DNA of 64,000 bases from assembly GCA_937903325.1 (NCBI GenBank), contig CALCZR010000058.1, positions 129,034 through 193,033 of the forward strand. Direction: 5' to 3'. The translations under genes were made by a program, and so were the position numbers. Numbering within the stretch: position 1 is the stretch's first letter; each line of letters begins with the position of its first letter. A model generated the notes under the pieces. That model saw only the letters and a list, made by a program, of their open reading frames with translations. It ran no database searches and was not told the origin of the DNA. Of the stretch, positions 20,290 to 27,600 are shown one piece after another. The DNA comes from an uncultured Candidatus Saccharibacteria bacterium (GTDB lineage: Bacteria > Patescibacteriota > Saccharimonadia > Saccharimonadales > AWTP1-31).

Positions 20290-20474
20290 ACACCGAGAGC
20301 AGATACTACTTTTTTCAGCATTTTGAGTGACGGGGTAGACACAGCTTGCTCAAGTTTGGCGTAATACTTTTCATGAATACCAGCCTTCTTAGCAACCTGC
20401 TGTTGTGTCATGCGTTTATCAAAGCGTGCGTTCTTTAATGCCTGAGCAATATCGAGGGTCATTTTATCTGCCAT
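20262..20474 (-). CDS. XRE-family helix-turn-helix transcriptional regulator
   Basis: MTQQQVAKKAGIHEKYYAKLEQ is an HTH_3 pattern; 70 aa. Confidence 0.8.
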   Translation of the reverse strand: MADKMTLDIAQALKNARFDKRMTQQQVAKKAGIHEKYYAKLEQAVSTPSLKMLKKVVSALGVHSSDVLPF

Positions 20475-20590
20475 ATGGCTGTAATTATAGCACCAGAGGT
20501 CACTATTCTGTAAAACAATATTGCTTTACCCGCAATATTAAGCTACTCTTGCACTAGGAATACCTAACAGTGGTGGGTACGGGAGAAACG

Positions 20591-22078
20591 ATGTTCTTGC
20601 TTGCGTCCACTCAACCTAGCTTTATCGAACGATATCTTATCGGCACGTCGCCCACTGCACATCTCCTCAATATCCCAATTATAGTCATTGGCGGATGCCT
20701 CTTTATATGGTTCATCATCCTACCTATCGTTCGGATAATCCTCGACATTCTAGACTACCGGCGGCTACGTAAGCGTAAGTTAGTATTTCTAGAGTTAACA
20801 CCGCCTCATATCAGTACTAAGTCTCCACTGGCAACAACTGAGTTATATGACACTATCCACGGGTTGCTTAGTAGCGTTACGCACAAGGAGCGTCTATTCA
20901 ACCGTAAACATATATTGCCACTTGAGGTCTATGCTACTCGGGAAGAGGGCATCCGCTTTCGAGCAGCCCTTGATCCAGACGATGTTGAGCTTTTTCAACA
21001 ACTAGTTATTGCATACCTTCCTCAGATACAGTTTCGGGAAGTTAAAGATTACATGACGGCTGCACTCAATGGTCAAGATTTTCGTATTTTAGAGTTTGCT
21101 CAGACCAACCACTTTGCTTACCGACTAGCTGCCCATGATAACCTGAAGCAACACGATCCCATGGCCTACATAACCACCGCTATGACAAAACTTGGTGAAC
21201 ACGAGCTACTGGCTATGCAGTTGGTGCTATCTCCAGCTTCACCCAGAGCGGCAAATAAAATACGAAGTCAGTTACTGCACGGTGAAGATAAGGGATTAAA
21301 CCGCGAATGGTGGCACTATCCATTTATCTTTGTTGGCAAAGTTATCAAGCTCATTTTTAGTATGCTCGCTGGCTTATTGGAGATTCTTGGCGATGAAATG
21401 GCAGGCGTTCGAACGCCTCGCCAACAACAAGGATCTGGGTACTACGGCTCGCAGCAAAATATCGGTCCGATCAATAAGCCTGCAATTGATACCATCCATG
21501 CCAAGCTGGCTGAACAGCTATTCAATGTAGATATCCGTGCGTTAGTTGTCGGACCAAACAGTGGACAGCGGGCACAAGGGTTGGCCAACGCCCTCTATAT
21601 GTTCCGTGTACCTGGCTACCAAGGGCTGTACTCCCGAAAAGTGCGGTTGTTTAAAACTAAGCGAGTGGAGCATCGCTTGGACGCCTTTCATAAACGTTTG
21701 CCAGCTACGTTAACCCGTAACTCTTCGGTGCTCGGGACTTCCGAGTTAGCCGCCTTGTACCACTTCCCGTACGGGGAGCATATGCAGTCAGAAGATATGG
21801 TTAAGTCAGTGGCGAAAACACTGCCAGCCCCGCTATCTATGAAGAACCACGCTAATGCTGCCGATTACGATATTGTTCTCGGAACCAATAATCACCATGG
21901 TAGTCGCACCGCTATTGGCTTAACGGCTAAAGAACGAGAAAAGCATGTTTACCTCATTGGTGGTACCGGCAACGGCAAGACCACTATGCTGGAGTACGCC
22001 CTACTGCAAGACATCAAGGCCGGTAAAGGCGTAGCTTTTATTGATCCGCATGGTGACGCTGCTCAGAAACTCCTTTAG
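20591..22078 (+). CDS. TraD/VirD4-like type IV coupling-protein ATPase, N-terminal fragment (ends at in-frame TAG)
   Basis: TM segment IPIIVIGGCLFIWFIILPIV; Walker A GGTGNGKTT; FIDPHGD. The ATG at 20591 is preceded by GGGAG. The ORF ends at TAG 22076-22078 and the same frame continues. Confidence 0.7.
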   Translation: MFLLASTQPSFIERYLIGTSPTAHLLNIPIIVIGGCLFIWFIILPIVRIILDILDYRRLRKRKLVFLELTPPHISTKSPLATTELYDTIHGLLSSVTHKERLFNRKHILPLEVYATREEGIRFRAALDPDDVELFQQLVIAYLPQIQFREVKDYMTAALNGQDFRILEFAQTNHFAYRLAAHDNLKQHDPMAYITTAMTKLGEHELLAMQLVLSPASPRAANKIRSQLLHGEDKGLNREWWHYPFIFVGKVIKLIFSMLAGLLEILGDEMAGVRTPRQQQGSGYYGSQQNIGPINKPAIDTIHAKLAEQLFNVDIRALVVGPNSGQRAQGLANALYMFRVPGYQGLYSRKVRLFKTKRVEHRLDAFHKRLPATLTRNSSVLGTSELAALYHFPYGEHMQSEDMVKSVAKTLPAPLSMKNHANAADYDIVLGTNNHHGSRTAIGLTAKEREKHVYLIGGTGNGKTTMLEYALLQDIKAGKGVAFIDPHGDAAQKLL

Positions 22079-22108
22079 TACATCCCCAAGGAACGTATTA
22101 AAGACGTA

Positions 22109-23239
22109 GTGTATCTAAATCCTCGAGATATTAAGCACCCGATCGGTCTCAACCTCCTGGAGTTGCCTGAGGGACTCGACGAAGATGAGCTACTGGTCGA
22201 ACAAGAGCGAGTTACTGAAGCAGTGGTGTCGGTGCTTAGAAAAGTCTTCGCCGATGACGATGCTAACGCCCACCGGATCGAAGGAATGCTACGCAATACC
22301 ATTAGGACAGCCTTTAGCACTGAAAACCCAACATTGTTTACATGCTTGGAGTTACTGCGAAACAGCGAGTTTCGTAATAAAGTTGTTGCTAAACTCACGG
22401 AAGCCCACTTAAAAGATTTCTGGCGAGAAGAGTTTGGTAAAGCTGGAGGCATGCAACGAGTAAGTATGACCAAGGGTTTGACACATCGGTTAGACCGCTT
22501 CGATGGGTCACAGTTTGTAAACCGTATGATGAGTCAAAAGAAATCTACCATTAGCTTCGAGGATATTATTGACACTGGGAAGATCCTTATCTGTAACTTT
22601 AGTACTGACATGGGTGAAGATACCGCAACGTTGTTTGGTACAACTGTATTGGCTAAACTCAAGATTGCCGCCGAACGACGCCACAACCAGCCCGAAGCTC
22701 AGCGTAAGCCCTTTTACGTTTACGTAGATGAGTTCCAGAACTTTGCGACTACGCCGTTTGTGAAGATGCTGTCTGCTTCACGCAAATACAAGCTATTCTT
22801 AACCATTGCCGAACAATCTGCCGCTCAACAGGAAGAACAACGCTTAACGGAAGCGATCCTGGCCAACGTCAGTACAATTGTGTGCTTTGGATTGGGCAGC
22901 CCATTCGATGAGCGACTGTTATTAGGGCGGTATGAACCTTGGCTTGAGAAAGGCAACCTACTCAACCAGCCAGCCTACAACTTTTACCTGAGAGTTAAGG
23001 CCGAGGAACCGATGGAGCCGGTATCTGGGGAGACGATTGTTTTGCCGACGGAAGACGGCAGCGAGCAACGCGCCGACGAGGTGATTACAGCTTCCAGAGA
23101 AAACTATGCGGTTGAATGGAAAAGTTATATGCCCAGCAGGGCAAAGGACGCCTCCAAACAACCCGACGTCAAAGTAGCTAACAGTAGGGAGGGTGCTGAG
23201 AAGAGTGTAGATTTTCAAGCTAGAGCGCTGGATGCTTAA
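22109..23239 (+). CDS. TraD/VirD4-like ATPase, C-terminal fragment (same frame as 20591..22078)
   Basis: Continues directly after the TAG as YIPKERIKDVVYLNPRDIKHPIGLNLLE. Walker B FYVYVDEFQNF. The track's start at 22109 is only the first start-like codon. Confidence 0.7.
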   Translation: MYLNPRDIKHPIGLNLLELPEGLDEDELLVEQERVTEAVVSVLRKVFADDDANAHRIEGMLRNTIRTAFSTENPTLFTCLELLRNSEFRNKVVAKLTEAHLKDFWREEFGKAGGMQRVSMTKGLTHRLDRFDGSQFVNRMMSQKKSTISFEDIIDTGKILICNFSTDMGEDTATLFGTTVLAKLKIAAERRHNQPEAQRKPFYVYVDEFQNFATTPFVKMLSASRKYKLFLTIAEQSAAQQEEQRLTEAILANVSTIVCFGLGSPFDERLLLGRYEPWLEKGNLLNQPAYNFYLRVKAEEPMEPVSGETIVLPTEDGSEQRADEVITASRENYAVEWKSYMPSRAKDASKQPDVKVANSREGAEKSVDFQARALDA

Positions 23240-23309
23240 CAGTTTAGTAGAGAATTGATAGCAACTAGATTATTTTGGAAGTTACTAGTAACAGCTCGGC
23301 CAAATTGTG

Positions 23310-24785
23310 CTAGTTCCGTTTAGCGGCGATAGAGTAGCCGATGGCAGACAAACCAAGTAGTGTGGCGATAACCACGCCAAGTAGAGATACTGAATTGATG
23401 CCGGTGTTTGGTGCGGCAGCATTAGTGCCAGCATTTGCATTGGTGGTTGTAGCTGAGCAGACAGCACCTTCGAATTGGTAGGCACCAACAGATGGACAAG
23501 AATTACGGGCTACACCACGAGCATCGGTAGATATGCCTAAGACCTGACCACCGGCGTTAATTGCCGGACTACCTGCCAATAAGGCCATGGTTGGTACAAC
23601 ACCACCATTGTCCTGCAGCGGGCCGAGAGTGCTGAAAAGATTGGCAAGATTTTGTTGGTCGCCGGGTTGGGTAAAGGTGGTACACGTACTATCGTCGGAT
23701 AAATTATGGCCGTCGGAAATAATCCCGGTAGTAACCGTGCCTGTCAGGCCACCAAATGCCGCATTACCATTTAATTCAGCACAGTTGGACGATACATTAT
23801 CGCTGATATTATTGGTGAGCAGGCTATTTTCGACGTTCATAGTAACGGACGAGGTGTGCGGTGTCGCCGCTGCTCCACCGGTGAAGAAGGCCACTGAATT
23901 TTCACCAATCGAACCAGTACTTCCGTCAAGTCCGACAACTGTTACGTTTTTTACAATCACACTGATGGTGGTATCACCGCTCAACGCCGCACCAATGCTT
24001 CCAAATCCTAGCGCTGCTGCAGAAGCAGTTATGTTATTAATAGTTGTATTGTAGACATTTGCATTTACCGTGCCGGTTCCGGCTATTAGGACAAAGAAGG
24101 CTCCGGCATCGCCAGCAGAGTTATGTATATTTGCTACCGTAGTATTCTGTATATTGGCCGTAGGTGTAGAGGTATTGAAGGCATATACCCCACTAGTTGC
24201 CGCGGCGTCTAGATCATGAATATAGACGTTATTAGCTGTCGTGGTAACATTGGCCGCTGCGGAGTTGCCCAGTTCCACACCCTTTAATTGGTTCCCCGTT
24301 GGCAGGGCGTTAGTGCCATCTATTTCAATGTTTGATAGTGTCACACTGCCATTGGTGCTGATAATTCCTTGCCCAAGATAGCTGGCTATTTTCAAGTCCT
24401 GGACAGTAACGACAGCCGTAGAACTGTTGATGCGAATTGTGCGATATTGCCCAGCATTTCCATCAATTGTCGTCTGGCTCATCCCAGCTCCCTGGATCTT
24501 GACCGACACCGATATTGTCGGTGAATCTGCTGTTAACATCTGCGTGCCGGCAGGTATGGTAATAGTGTCATTAGTTCCGTAACCTTCTGGTGACACAATA
24601 GCCGTACAGCCAGATTGGTCAGAGCCAGCATTTACTGAGTTAATAGCAATAGGGAGCGTACAACCACCAGATACATTTAGGGTTGCGGCGTGTGCTCGTC
24701 CAGAACCGGAAGCCATGACTGCCAAAAAGGCGAAAGTTGCCAGGATTAGTTTGTTTGTTTTTGTTAGATTTAAAATACTGAGCAT
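23310..24785 (-). CDS. Secreted beta-helix surface protein, family member 1 (choice-of-anchor-Q-like C-terminal domain, APNTG sorting signal)
   Basis: Signal peptide MLSILNLTKTNKLILATFAFLAVMASGSGRAHA; conserved C-terminal block GHNLSDD..C..F.QPGDQQN..LGPLQDNGG.VPT.ALLAGSPAI.AG...TDARGVAR; then APNTG, a hydrophobic helix and KRN. Confidence 0.85.
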   Translation of the reverse strand: MLSILNLTKTNKLILATFAFLAVMASGSGRAHAATLNVSGGCTLPIAINSVNAGSDQSGCTAIVSPEGYGTNDTITIPAGTQMLTADSPTISVSVKIQGAGMSQTTIDGNAGQYRTIRINSSTAVVTVQDLKIASYLGQGIISTNGSVTLSNIEIDGTNALPTGNQLKGVELGNSAAANVTTTANNVYIHDLDAAATSGVYAFNTSTPTANIQNTTVANIHNSAGDAGAFFVLIAGTGTVNANVYNTTINNITASAAALGFGSIGAALSGDTTISVIVKNVTVVGLDGSTGSIGENSVAFFTGGAAATPHTSSVTMNVENSLLTNNISDNVSSNCAELNGNAAFGGLTGTVTTGIISDGHNLSDDSTCTTFTQPGDQQNLANLFSTLGPLQDNGGVVPTMALLAGSPAINAGGQVLGISTDARGVARNSCPSVGAYQFEGAVCSATTTNANAGTNAAAPNTGINSVSLLGVVIATLLGLSAIGYSIAAKRN

Positions 24786-24824
24786 GGAGTAATTCCTTTA
24801 TGCATGTTTTTTAGCGTTACCGGT

Positions 24825-24853
24825 ATTCTACCCCCCCCTGAGATACAATGCAA
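24825..24853 (-). promoter_or_regulatory. Candidate promoter with G8 tract in spacer (member 1)
   Basis: Coding strand reads TTGCAT-TGTATCTCA-G8-TAGAAT, spacer 17 nt. The C run on the plus strand is 24831-24838. Confidence 0.5.
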
Positions 24854-24863
24854 GGAACTAGCC

Positions 24864-25097
24864 TTATAGTTCACCACTGAGTATTCGCGAGACATCGATG
24901 TAGCGTTGGCAGTCATCAATACTACGATCAGCTAGGGGAATGGCGAGGATACGCTCAAAGTCAGTCTGTGCGGCGGTCAAGTCTTCGTCGTAAGTTACAG
25001 CTAATTCCGAGGCCAATACTTTAGACCCGAGTGAAGACGGAAAATATAATCCATGTTCGGCGGCTATCAGCTCATAGTCTGGTATTCTGTCTGTCAT
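24864..25097 (-). CDS. Small acidic protein, paralog of 36511..36747
   Basis: 77 aa. Shares TY(D/E)..L..AQ..FER..AIP...R...D......DVS..L with the other copy. Both lie just downstream of a family member. Confidence 0.55.
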   Translation of the reverse strand: MTDRIPDYELIAAEHGLYFPSSLGSKVLASELAVTYDEDLTAAQTDFERILAIPLADRSIDDCQRYIDVSRILSGEL

Positions 25098-25128
25098 CTG
25101 TTAACCATACCATGAGGAACAATATTTA

Positions 25129-25186
25129 CTAACGTCTTTCTGTTGTGACAATCACCAGAGAGTCATAAGTTTTACTGGTTTTATGT
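25129..25186 (-). pseudogene. Relic of a sortase gene 3' end
   Basis: gacaatcaccagagagtcataagtttt matches the 3' ends of both island sortase genes with 1-2 mismatches. It translates as KTYDSLVIVTTERR*, against KTYDSRVIVVAEA(F/Y)* in the intact genes. No upstream sortase ORF remains. Confidence 0.5.
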
Positions 25187-25214
25187 ATTGGTTTTCCTCA
25201 AACGAGCCATAAAC

Positions 25215-26717
25215 CTACTTTAATGCAGTCCTCTTGCGTAGTGCGTAGGCAGTAATGCCAAGACCCAGAGAAGTGGCAATAATCGTCATAGCTGGAGATA
25301 CAGCGCCAATACCTGTGTTCGGAGCTCCTGCATTACCGCTACCAGGCGTAGAAGGAGTAGAGGCGCCACAGACAGCGCCTTCAAATTGGAAGGCTCCAAC
25401 GGATGGACAGTCGTCTGGGCGTGCCACACCACGAGCATCGGTAGTAATACCAAGCACCGAGCTACCAGCTGCGATGGCTGGAGATCCAGCTAGAAGCGCG
25501 CGAGTCGGAACATTGCCGCCGTTGTCCTGAAGTGGACCAAGGGTTGGAATAATATTATCGAAGTTTTGCTGGTCACCAGGTTGGTTGAAGCCAGCGCAGC
25601 TATCGTCATCGGAGATGTTATGGCCGAGAGAGGTAATACTCGTTTCGACATCATCTTCAGTGCCATTTCCACTAAATATATCCGTTAGATTAGCGATGGA
25701 GCAATTTGAGGACACGCCGTCATTAGTATTGTCCGCCATAAGACTATTGGTAACGTTAACTGCTACGTTAGCGTGATACCCAACTTGGAAAGAAGCTGCT
25801 GCGGCGTAGAAGGCGGCCGACTTAACACCCGCAGCACTGTTCGTGCCGGTAAAACCTCGAGTCCCAGTAATGGTTATATTCTGCACACTCGTATTGACAG
25901 ATACGTTGCCCGAAGCCGCCACCCCAAAACTACCAAACGGCGCAACAAGATCATCGCCCGTAACGTCATCGACTGTTGTATTGGCTATGCTCGAAGTAAC
26001 ACTTGCGCTACCCGTAGCCAGCATAATGACACCAAAGGTAGGACCCGCCCCACTTCCGTGAATATCGGCCAGCGTCACCCTATTGAGGTCGGCAGTTATT
26101 GCCGTCTCGTTGGCCGCATTTATATAGAAAGTATATAAGCTATTGTTGCCTTGTATATTGTGGATATATACATCGTCCGCATCGACGGTTAGCTGAGCAC
26201 TCTGGTCGCCAAACACGCCCACAGGAGTATCCGACGATAGTTCCGCGTCCTGCCCATCCACTTCTAAATTACGAAGAGTGGTATTAACGTCGACCATTTG
26301 AATCGCACTTCCAGAGTAGGCTGTAATTTTCATATCCCTGAGTGTCACATCAAAGGTCGCCCCCAAACTATCTGCAATGAAAACATTGTACAGTCCGGCA
26401 TCACCGTTAACGGTTGTCTGCCCCATGCCCGCACCAGCAATGGTGACTGGCTCGGTAATTGGTGGCAAGTCTGCAGTAAGGGTTTGAGTTCCGGATGGAA
26501 TGTTAATGGTGTCGTTCGTTCCATAGCCAGACCCACCGCAACTTGCCTGTGCGGAACCAGCGTTGACCGAGTCAACCGCATCGTTAAGAGTACAGCCAGA
26601 CCCAACAGTAATGGTTGCAGCATGAGCTCGTCCAGAACCGAAAGCTATTACTGCCAAAAAAGCGAAAGTGGCCAGGATAAGCTTATTTGTTTTTGTTAGA
26701 TTTAAAATGCTTTCCAT
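25215..26717 (-). CDS. Secreted beta-helix surface protein, family member 2
   Basis: Same signal peptide (MESILNLTKTNKLILATFAFLAVIAFGSGRAHA), same conserved C-terminal block, then GAPNTG, a TM and RKRTALK. Confidence 0.85.
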   Translation of the reverse strand: MESILNLTKTNKLILATFAFLAVIAFGSGRAHAATITVGSGCTLNDAVDSVNAGSAQASCGGSGYGTNDTINIPSGTQTLTADLPPITEPVTIAGAGMGQTTVNGDAGLYNVFIADSLGATFDVTLRDMKITAYSGSAIQMVDVNTTLRNLEVDGQDAELSSDTPVGVFGDQSAQLTVDADDVYIHNIQGNNSLYTFYINAANETAITADLNRVTLADIHGSGAGPTFGVIMLATGSASVTSSIANTTVDDVTGDDLVAPFGSFGVAASGNVSVNTSVQNITITGTRGFTGTNSAAGVKSAAFYAAAASFQVGYHANVAVNVTNSLMADNTNDGVSSNCSIANLTDIFSGNGTEDDVETSITSLGHNISDDDSCAGFNQPGDQQNFDNIIPTLGPLQDNGGNVPTRALLAGSPAIAAGSSVLGITTDARGVARPDDCPSVGAFQFEGAVCGASTPSTPGSGNAGAPNTGIGAVSPAMTIIATSLGLGITAYALRKRTALK

Positions 26718-26752
26718 TTATAATTCCTACTTTACGCTAGTGTTTAAATGGT

Positions 26753-26780
26753 AGTCTACCCCCCCGTAAGTTATTTGCAA
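26753..26780 (-). promoter_or_regulatory. Candidate promoter with G7 tract in spacer (member 2)
   Basis: TTGCAA-ATAACTTAC-G7-TAGACT, spacer 16 nt. C run 26759-26765. Confidence 0.5.
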
Positions 26781-26930
26781 GAACACCTGTTTGAACCACT
26801 CGTATGTATTACCCTTACGGTTGACGATTGTGGCACATTTGAGGTAAAATGTAGCTACAATTGATTCGCTTTCCGAACTGTCACCGTATGGTGCGCGTGC
26901 CTGGGACAACCAGGATAGGAAGCGAATTTT

Positions 26931-27551
26931 TTATTTGAAGTACCAAATATCTTCAGTGCGCTTGTTGATAACTTTTAGGTAGATATCGCTGTCAGTTTTA
27001 CGCTTTTGAGTTGTTCGTAAAAGACTACCCGCAACCATATCTGCCAGCTGAATCAAGTTATCATTCTTAGAGTTAACAAACTTCATATCTTTTATTATGC
27101 TACCGTCTGGATTAGCCTGCTGGCGAAAATACGTTGTTGCCGCTTTCTTGTAGGACCGGTCTTCGTGACCATCAAGACGAATCCGTCCATCGGTAATCTT
27201 GCCAGCACTTTTAGAGAGCACCTCTTTGATCATGTAGTTATAGAATTTATCCTTGTTTCTCCTAAGTTCAACGCTTCTGATGATAGACTTATCGGCGACT
27301 ATTGCCCGAACCCGGAACTTACAACTTTTTATCTCGTTTAAAAAAGCGAGACGTATATCTTTACTAGCTTTGTTGAACTTAAACTCATGATCGTCTCGCC
27401 ATCCAAGCGAACGACGCAATCGCTTGATCTTAAGTGCCGTTTCTTCGGCATCAAGGTTGTCATCAAAGACAATGCAGGCAATAACAAAGTGTGTGCTCGA
27501 ACCCTTATCAAATTTAAAGCCCGGATCTCCTGAATCATCTATGAATACCAG
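26931..27551 (-). CDS. DUF3800 domain protein, copy 1 (likely non-canonical start)
   Basis: C-terminal LIQLADMVAG motif. The frame stays open upstream of the track start (27419) to 27557 and encodes LVFIDDSGDPGF, the DUF3800 N-terminal motif. No ATG/GTG/TTG is available there (CTG at 27551, ATA at 27554). Confidence 0.65.
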   Translation of the reverse strand: MVFIDDSGDPGFKFDKGSSTHFVIACIVFDDNLDAEETALKIKRLRRSLGWRDDHEFKFNKASKDIRLAFLNEIKSCKFRVRAIVADKSIIRSVELRRNKDKFYNYMIKEVLSKSAGKITDGRIRLDGHEDRSYKKAATTYFRQQANPDGSIIKDMKFVNSKNDNLIQLADMVAGSLLRTTQKRKTDSDIYLKVINKRTEDIWYFK

Positions 27552-27600
27552 TATGTATTATATGATCATATTTAGATCAAAGCCACCGGGTAGGTCTATA

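Larger units (their letters stand above)
26710..27575. repeat. Exact segmental repeat, copy A (partner 40713..41578)
   Basis: By-eye comparison found no mismatch over about 866 bp. Three track ORFs inside it are identical to their partners (offset 14003). The first mismatches are at 26709 and 27576. Confidence 0.8.

Noticed and set aside
25255-25530. Recurrent plus-strand ORFs with similar translations (25255..25530, 27611..27952, 39294..39614, 41698..42000, 43955..44275 and others) that could look like a second conserved gene family
   Set aside because: They are antisense to the conserved C-terminal block of the minus-strand beta-helix genes. Their similarity just mirrors sense-strand conservation. 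They lack RBS or start context and have biased Pro/Ala/Arg composition.
26727-26909. Identical 60-aa ORFs 26727..26909 and 40730..40912 between DUF3800 and members 2/5
   Set aside because: The ORF runs straight through the -35 / G-tract / -10 promoter and the 5' UTR of the downstream gene; the G tract is read as GG. It has no RBS. Its identity between copies is explained by the exact 866-bp repeat.
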